DNA of 64,000 nt, from positions 1 through 64,000 of the forward strand of contig NW_027117346.1 in assembly GCF_038025025.1 (NCBI RefSeq). The letters are read 5' to 3'. The position numbers and the translations under genes were made by a program. The first letter of the stretch is position 1. Every line of letters begins with the position of its first letter. A model generated the notes under the pieces. It saw only the letters and a program-made list of their open reading frames with translations, was not told the origin of the DNA and ran no database searches. Source of the DNA: Phyllosticta citribraziliensis (lineage: Eukaryota). Shown piece by piece: positions 57,546-64,000 of this stretch.

Positions 57546-60170
57546 TCACACCAACATGTACTCGCCATCCGTCCGCTCCATGGCTCTGCGCCAGCGGAAC
57601 GCCTGCTGGCTATGCACATCGTCGGCCGGCTCCAGCTTACACGGCACGATCCCAGTAGCAAACGCCCTTCTGCCAGCTGCTGCTGCTCCTCCTCCTCCTC
57701 CACCACCACCATCACTCCCCCCGTCCTCCCGGCTCCACACGCGCTCCAGCACCTCGAGGCCGCGCAGGTTATTCCAGAAGCCACTGCGCCGCATGACAGC
57801 GACGCACTCAGCGCGCACCATGGCACGATGGCCAGCATCCACGCACTCGGTCCCCGTGATGAAGAGCGGCCACAGCAGGAACTTCTGCACGGGGCTGCGC
57901 GGCGACATGTGGCTGACGTGGAAGAGGGCCTGGGCGACGAGGTTCTGGAAGTGCAGCGCGCCGCTGCCGAGCGCCGGGTGCGCCAGGCGCTCGATGTAGA
58001 GCAGCGCCGCGTAGCGGAAGGACTCGGAGAGGTGCAGCAGGTCGTGGTGGTGCGGCGATGTAGTGGAGAGCGGCGGGAGCGTTGCCGAGCAGAGCGCGGC
58101 GCTGGGGGCGCTGGGATCGAGCTCCCATTGCTGCAGATGCTGCCGGATGTCGCGCCACTCGGCCCAGAACTCGTGTCGTTGGTCGTGGGGGAGGTCTAAC
58201 GGGTTGCTGGCCATGTGATGGTGGTGGCCCAGAGGGGTAGACCACCCGTTGCCGTCAAACTGACTGGCATTGTCGCTGGGCGTGTTGAAGCGCGGGCTGA
58301 CGGGGCGGTTCTGGCTAAGGAGGTTCAGGCGACCGAGTCGTGCGATGATTTTGAAGAGACGCCCGTCGCAGCCGACGAGGTGCTCCAGCGCCCCGAGGCT
58401 GCTGGACTCGGCAATGGCGTCGAGCAGGTCGTCGCGCACTTGTGTCTCGCGGTCGTTGACCGTCGAAGTCATGACGTCGAACCACGTAAAGAACATTTCG
58501 ATCCAAGCGGTGAAGCTGGTGCGCTGCTCGCGCAGGCTCAGCAGCCGCTTGACGCCTTCCAGCTGCGTGCGGAACTTGGAGAAGCCGCTGTCGCTGACGT
58601 GGAAGAGACACAAGACTAGCAGCGTCGCTAGAACCGAGTCTTCCTGAGCGCTCCGCGGGTCGGCGAGCTGTTGGTTGAGCAACTGGATAGAGGTGGCCTT
58701 GTAGTACCGCTCCTCTTCCGACGGCTCTCCATGCATTTCTCGAATTTCTTCGGATGAAAAGCGCTGCTGGGTCCACTCTAGACTGTGGTCTGACCACCGG
58801 CTTTTGCTGAGCGCGATGAATTTGGCCTCGGAGTTTTGGCGCATTCGAATGTTGTTGACGGCCAGAGCCGCAATGGCATTCCGCAACGCCTGACTCTCCA
58901 TGGCCAGACCAACGACATGCACGCGGTAGGGATTTGAAGGACCATCATACGCAACAAGAGCGGGGCAAATCATTCGATCATAGTAGTCCATCAACACTTG
59001 CATGCGCGGAGAAAGATGACGGTCCGCAGTAAAGGCGGACCGGGTGCCGACCATGGCGAGCTCGGCAAGCGCAGCGGCGGCTTCAGAGGAGCGCCCACTG
59101 CTCTCCGTACGCGCGTGGGTAGATTGGCGTGTGCCACGGCTGTAGGACGAGTCTGAAATGTGCGTCAAGTTAGATGCCGCTGCCGCCCCAATTGCGCTAG
59201 GGAAGAACGTATCTTGGTAGCCAGGATGCTGGCTGTATGGTTGTGGCTGCATGGAGCTCATGTCATGCAGCTCGTGCAAGCTTTGATCTGAGCTGATGCT
59301 CGAGCTGAGATCTTCGTACATGATGGGGAACGACCGCGGGGCGTCGGGGAAGACGAGCGACTCGGTGGAGCTGATTGGTGTGCGTGATGGGAGCAGGTGC
59401 TCGGGATACGAGTGCATGATTGGGTCGGCAAAGTGAAAGTCGTCTGGAGTGCCGGGAAAATCAGTCGGAGAGGGATAGTCGCCCAATGCACTGTCGCTAT
59501 GCGAACTGAGGGGGCCGGTTGACGTGGAGAGAGCCGAGTCGTCGTAGGGAGCAGCCAGCGTGGTGTGTAGTCGTTGGAGTGGCTTGGGGGGCAACTGAGG
59601 GCGCGACTTGCGGCCCGCGCCGCCAAAAGATTCCATGTGCTCTCCGAAACTCGGCAGATGCCATCCTTGGTACGGCACTGCGGGCGGCGGTATGTGGACA
59701 GGACTCGTGGCATCCACGCTCGCATAGTAGTCGTGGCCAGTTGGGCTGTGGATCGGAGAGGGCGACTTTTGGCCCGGTTGAGCATATGTTTGCTGCAGCG
59801 GTTGCTTCCGAGACACGGTCGAGGTTGGTGGACTCGGCAGGGCCACGGATGGCTTGCGAGCACTCGTGCGGGTCGAAGATTGCGCAGTCGACGAAGGGGA
59901 CTTGGGAACGGGACAGGACATGCCCCTCAGTTTTCCACGGCTGGCGACTCCAACGCCCCAAGTCAAGGTGGTTCGGTATCCTGAACACTCCTTGCCCATG
60001 TCGATGCACTGGGTGCAATAAGGTCGTCGACGATCGCATTTTGCTTGGCGTTGGCGACAAGTGAAGCAGTCTTCGGCTGCACCGGTGGCGACAGCTCTTC
60101 TGCGGCGCTTGCGGGGCGTGGCAGCAGTGGTGACGGACGTTGGAGCGGATGAAGGTTTTGGGGAGGTCAT
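57546..60170 (-). CDS. acr-2: Zn(II)2Cys6 transcription factor with a C-terminal Fungal_trans_2-type domain, Acr-2-like
   Basis: DCFTCRQRQAKCDRRRPYCTQC...CSGYRTTLTWGVGVASRGKLRG, then DGPSNPYR, FFTWFDVMTS, SESFRYAALLY and LLWPLFITGTEC. First ATG at 60170. The acr-2 assignment is from memory of the N-terminal motif. Confidence 0.85.
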   Translation of the reverse strand: MTSPKPSSAPTSVTTAATPRKRRRRAVATGAAEDCFTCRQRQAKCDRRRPYCTQCIDMGKECSGYRTTLTWGVGVASRGKLRGMSCPVPKSPSSTAQSSTRTSARKPSVALPSPPTSTVSRKQPLQQTYAQPGQKSPSPIHSPTGHDYYASVDATSPVHIPPPAVPYQGWHLPSFGEHMESFGGAGRKSRPQLPPKPLQRLHTTLAAPYDDSALSTSTGPLSSHSDSALGDYPSPTDFPGTPDDFHFADPIMHSYPEHLLPSRTPISSTESLVFPDAPRSFPIMYEDLSSSISSDQSLHELHDMSSMQPQPYSQHPGYQDTFFPSAIGAAAASNLTHISDSSYSRGTRQSTHARTESSGRSSEAAAALAELAMVGTRSAFTADRHLSPRMQVLMDYYDRMICPALVAYDGPSNPYRVHVVGLAMESQALRNAIAALAVNNIRMRQNSEAKFIALSKSRWSDHSLEWTQQRFSSEEIREMHGEPSEEERYYKATSIQLLNQQLADPRSAQEDSVLATLLVLCLFHVSDSGFSKFRTQLEGVKRLLSLREQRTSFTAWIEMFFTWFDVMTSTVNDRETQVRDDLLDAIAESSSLGALEHLVGCDGRLFKIIARLGRLNLLSQNRPVSPRFNTPSDNASQFDGNGWSTPLGHHHHMASNPLDLPHDQRHEFWAEWRDIRQHLQQWELDPSAPSAALCSATLPPLSTTSPHHHDLLHLSESFRYAALLYIERLAHPALGSGALHFQNLVAQALFHVSHMSPRSPVQKFLLWPLFITGTECVDAGHRAMVRAECVAVMRRSGFWNNLRGLEVLERVWSREDGGSDGGGGGGGGAAAAGRRAFATGIVPCKLEPADDVHSQQAFRWRRAMERTDGEYMLV

Positions 60171-60413
60171 GACTCTGGTGGAGGGAGATTTAAGCTTAAG
60201 CAGGGAGGACAAGAAGACCAAGCGTGGCAGATATAGAGGTCAGTCGAGGGAGCAACAATGCATGCAAGTGGAGAGGGAGAAGTGGACAATTGCGTGGGTG
60301 GCAGCATGGGGAATAGAGAGGTCTTGATTGTCGGAGATGGGGGGTCTAGTAGTAGGTAGAGAGGACACCCAAGGGAGGGAGAAAAAGCGCAGTGCAGGAC
60401 AGGACAAAGCAGT

Positions 60414-60445
60414 GCATGGCTGGCATGGCATGGCATGGCATGGCA
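60414..60445 (-). repeat. Pentanucleotide microsatellite (GCCAT)n upstream of the C6 factor
   Basis: Plus strand reads gcatggctggcatggcatggcatggcatggca. Confidence 0.85.
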
Positions 60446-60867
60446 GAGCAGCGCACCCTACCCTGGTCTGGTCTGGCGTGCAGGGCAGGGCGTGTGGCGT
60501 GAAGAAGGGGGGGGCAGCTCGTGCAGCATGGCTCCCCCACAGCAGGCTGGGTAGGATGTAACGTGCATGGATGGACGGCACGGGGCGCCAATGGCACGAC
60601 TGGAGGGGGGCGGAGCTGGACGATGGACGCGGACCCTGGCCGTCAGGGACCGTCCGTCTGGCGGGCGGGCAATGAGGAGCGGTGATGCGGGCATTTGGTG
60701 TTGAGGTCGGGTCAGGTCAGGTTGACGGCCGGGGCCGACCAACCGAGGGCGGCAGCGCAATGTGGGCGCCCGACGAATCATGGGCCTCCGACGCCAACAC
60801 CACGGCCGCAACACCAACCTACGGAACCGCCACACTGCGACCCTGTGCTCTGCCATGCCAGTGCACA

Positions 60868-60894
60868 CCAGACCAGACCAGACCAGACCAGACC
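60868..60894 (+). repeat. Pentanucleotide microsatellite (CCAGA)n
   Basis: ccagaccagaccagaccagaccagacc. Other simple repeats: (GTCT)n at about 57167-57188 and (GTGC)n at about 57480-57499. Confidence 0.85.
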
Positions 60895-62552
60895 GGCAAC
60901 CCCGCAACCACACGGAATGACGGGAATGCCCACACGACCAGACCAGTGCAGCCTCTGCGCATCATGGCAACGACCATCGCATCCCGTCGCAGCACCAGCG
61001 GCACGGCTGCTCAACCGACTCCATGTCCACTCCAGCGGCCAGCCTCCGCTCCGGAAACGCTCCCTCTTCTATATTCGTCGTCATCGTCGCCGTCTTCGCT
61101 GCCTTCCTTGGCGACAGTAGCTCGGCTCGTTGCGTACCCGCTACTCTCTGTATGCAAGCCCTGCCGCCGTCGCCGTGTTCCGCCTCGCGGCACCGCCGAC
61201 GCCCTTGTGCGACTCTGCATGGCCTCTGGACGCCTCGCCGGTGCTTGATGCGAAGCTTGGCTGAACCCTGACCGCCCATACGTGCTGGAGACTGGAGTCT
61301 CTGCTCTAGCACCACCACCACACGGCCCAAGGCACCCAGCATCCACGACATGAGGCTGATGTCTCTGACCTCACGTGTCACTCTGCCTCGTGTCCACCGC
61401 TCGCCTTGGCTCCCTGCGGTGGACGAGATGTGAGATGGAGCTGCGCGCTCTCTCCCCTCACCGCAGCCTGTCTATTCCCGCCGGACCATCCATTTGACCG
61501 GCCAGCTCTCCCGCCCGCGTAGACTAGGCTCAATCGGGCTAGCCAACCACACGCCGTGTCTCGTCGACAATCTCTACTTCGACTCCATCTCCTGTCTGCT
61601 GACTACACGTCGAGAACAACTGCGATTGGCTACCTCCACATCAAAGCGTCTGAACAAAGGCGGCCCGAAAGTCAAAACTACCCGATTCGACCCTGACGGT
61701 CAACACTCGAACTCGGCTCGTTTCGAGCCTCGTAAACATCGACTCGTCTTCCAGCCTTTGAAAAATTTCTTCAAAGCTGCGGCATACGACCCGGCCGGAC
61801 TTCTGTCGTCCGTGACAGTTGGCCTTGGTTGCGGCGTCTCAAGCTTGCATCATGCAGTCCAATCTGTGCCGTCACTGGTTCTGCGCAGAAAACCCCCTCC
61901 GCTGGCACCATCAGCACAAGGCTCAACGCTTCGCCGCTGCACATGCCCGCCGACTGTCTTTATGAAGAATTACTGACAGTGCCGAATCATCACGTTTGTG
62001 GCGCCCTGTCCAACCAGCCAACTCTCTCACGTCTGTCCTTTTTGGATGTTTGCATTTTTCCAAACACCGACCCGGCTGGATACTTCTAGAGCCTTCATTG
62101 GCCATTGTCAGCCCAGAATCTTGATATTTCCCCCCTCTTCGGTCTTTTCCTCCTGATTTGGCGTCAACTCATCATAATCTTGACGTCGAGCTGGTCCCAC
62201 CCCTGCGATACAATCTCTTCCAACGCCTCGGTCGACGGGTTTTCGGCCTGCTCCAAACAGGAGCCAAGCCAATGGCTCCCTCAACCCAACCCCAATTGCT
62301 GAAGACGCGCGTTGGATGCCATGCTGCGGCCCACCATCCTCTTTCGCTTTGACCTGTGTTGAAGTGGCATGCTCAAAGGGGAAGTAGTCAACGAGACAAT
62401 CATGACCCTCTACCGCAGCCTTCACTCTGCACATGCTGTCATCAATCCACGTCTGTGTATATATTGCACCACGCTGCAGCAATCCGAAGCCAAAATTCGA
62501 TATCCAGCTTCTTCTTCCTTTCCCACCCAGGTCAAACAGGTCGGCTTTCAAA

Positions 62553-62789
62553 ATGAGCTCTGGTACAAACAAATCGACTTCTGTTGCGTCAGGAGACACT
62601 AGCAGACCATGCGCTGGCTACAACAAGTATGCCTGTGCCTGGCGATTGGAGCAGACCTGCCCCAATTGGGTCTTCCAGAATGGCGATGCCTGCGCCAAAT
62701 GCCAGGCAAGTTTACCAAATATTTACGTCCGCCATTTTTCATTCTTGACGGCAAAACAGTCAGAGGGCCTCAAATCCAAGAGGACCTGA
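62553..62789 (+). CDS. Small (~60 aa) Cys-containing protein, probable GC-AG intron 62706-62759
   Basis: MSSGTNKSTSVASGDTSRPCAGYNKYACAWRLEQTCPNWVFQNGDACAKCQ|SEGLKSKRT*. Good start context (aaaATGa) and an upstream TATATAT at about 62458. Confidence 0.55.
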   Translation: MSSGTNKSTSVASGDTSRPCAGYNKYACAWRLEQTCPNWVFQNGDACAKCQASLPNIYVRHFSFLTAKQSEGLKSKRT

Positions 62790-64000
62790 TTTTCCACACT
62801 ACTCGCCGTTGAAGACGACATTTGGTTTCACATGCTTGGTCAAGGGGGTTTCCAAAAACGTACGGCCTTGATACCCACGACCCACCACGGCGGCATCCCT
62901 CGGAATGGGCTAGACTCTTTTGGGTTCTTGATCGCGTCAAGCGTCTAATTGGACCGGCTGCTCCCGCGCTTGTCTCGCTGCCGCGGCTACAGGAAATTTT
63001 GGATTTGCGTGTTTCCATTGCACATGAGCTGCTAGCCTTTTCAACGAAAAATTCAAGTCTCCTGCTCTGCACTGCCACTACACCAAAGGTTGCTGGAACC
63101 GCCACAAATCCGACGCGGATCGTGACGCGACTCCCGCAGAATCTCGGATCGACGCACCCATGCTCGTGGGACCATCGGGTGACGTGGGAACTCGATGAGC
63201 CAAGATGCTCCTCTCGAGTCCGGCGTCGAGCAACGAATACAGTAACTTACGCCGCTTTTTCCTTGTAATTCTGCCTGTATCTGTACCATCCGGGGCAAAG
63301 CGTCCCCGCCATTACCAGGGACACCTCGATCGAGAGATGGACTTGCATCTTTCTTCTCGAATCAGACGACTAGGCTACCTTTTTCCATGAAGCAGAGCCT
63401 CTCACAAGCCGCCAAGACGCTCTGTTCCAAATACAGCATCATGACGAGAGTAATCAGAGCAACGACTTGGGCCTCCTTGATGCCAATTGAGAGTCGAACC
63501 ACCAATGCCGTCATCCTCTAGTAATCCATCTTTCTGCAGCCAACTATGCCAATGATGATTCTTCATCGACCCAAGATTCCATACAACTGGCCGATGGCGG
63601 GGTCCTCGACTGTTGGCTCGATTCTCTCGAGTGTAGATGGCGGGTGTGCAAATCGATCCGCACGCCCTGTGTCCCCACTTTCCAAGCGCGATGCTGACCC
63701 ATTGCATGATTTGGAGGATAGAAGCGTTCCAAGACCCAAGGGTGCTGGCGGCCAAGCCCATAGGTCGAGAGCCGCCGTTCTGGTTGCCTCTACCATCATG
63801 GTGCAGACCACGCTCTGTCCCGCTGCAGCCTCTTCGGCAAACCTGCAAGACTCTCTCTGCAGTGCTTGCTGCTAGACGCCAGGGCGCTCTGGGCTCCCAT
63901 ATTTCCGAAGTTCTTGTTCCCGTCGTCTGGGCCAAGCCCGCCCCCACGGGACCATGCCGAATCCATCTTCCGGCGCCTGCTCGTGGATCAGATTGCCGCG

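Noticed and set aside
63402..64000. Possible partial minus-strand gene at the window end
   Set aside because: An open frame exists but has no recognisable motif, and its 5' part lies outside the window.

Overview
Eukaryotic genomic DNA from a filamentous ascomycete (Pezizomycotina, probably Dothideomycetes; inferred from intron signals, RIP and gene content). It has short GT-AG/GC-AG introns with CTRAC branch points, so most raw ORFs are only exon fragments; the gene models below were spliced by hand. The window opens with the 3' end of a RIP-destroyed Ty1/copia retrotransposon. About 25 protein-coding genes follow. Core genes include Stu2/XMAP215, LIS1/NudF, DNAJC9-like, a Rib2-type deaminase, a peroxisomal heme peroxidase and an Acr-2-like C6 factor. 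There is also a permease/HAD/FAD-oxidoreductase group and a LaeA-like methyltransferase. The most striking feature is an accessory block at about 29.5-37.3 kb: three tandem RNase HI-like paralogs followed by two tandem F-box/Cys-rich paralogs. The RNase H genes share one intron position and an N-terminal CxxC..H extension. The middle copy is an intact ORF that has lost both its catalytic and its putative Zn-binding residues. A fourth RNase H paralog at 1-1.6 kb appears truncated by LTR sequence. Other hidden structures include two neighbouring genes that both start with a 5-nt ATGGG micro-exon creating an MGNAxS myristoylation signal, and a 36-dipeptide X-Ala/X-Pro propeptide. There is also a secreted protein built by exon-pair duplication, an in-frame alternative donor adding a 9-Trp segment, and a likely premature CAG>TAG stop. 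All family assignments come from motif recognition, not database searches.
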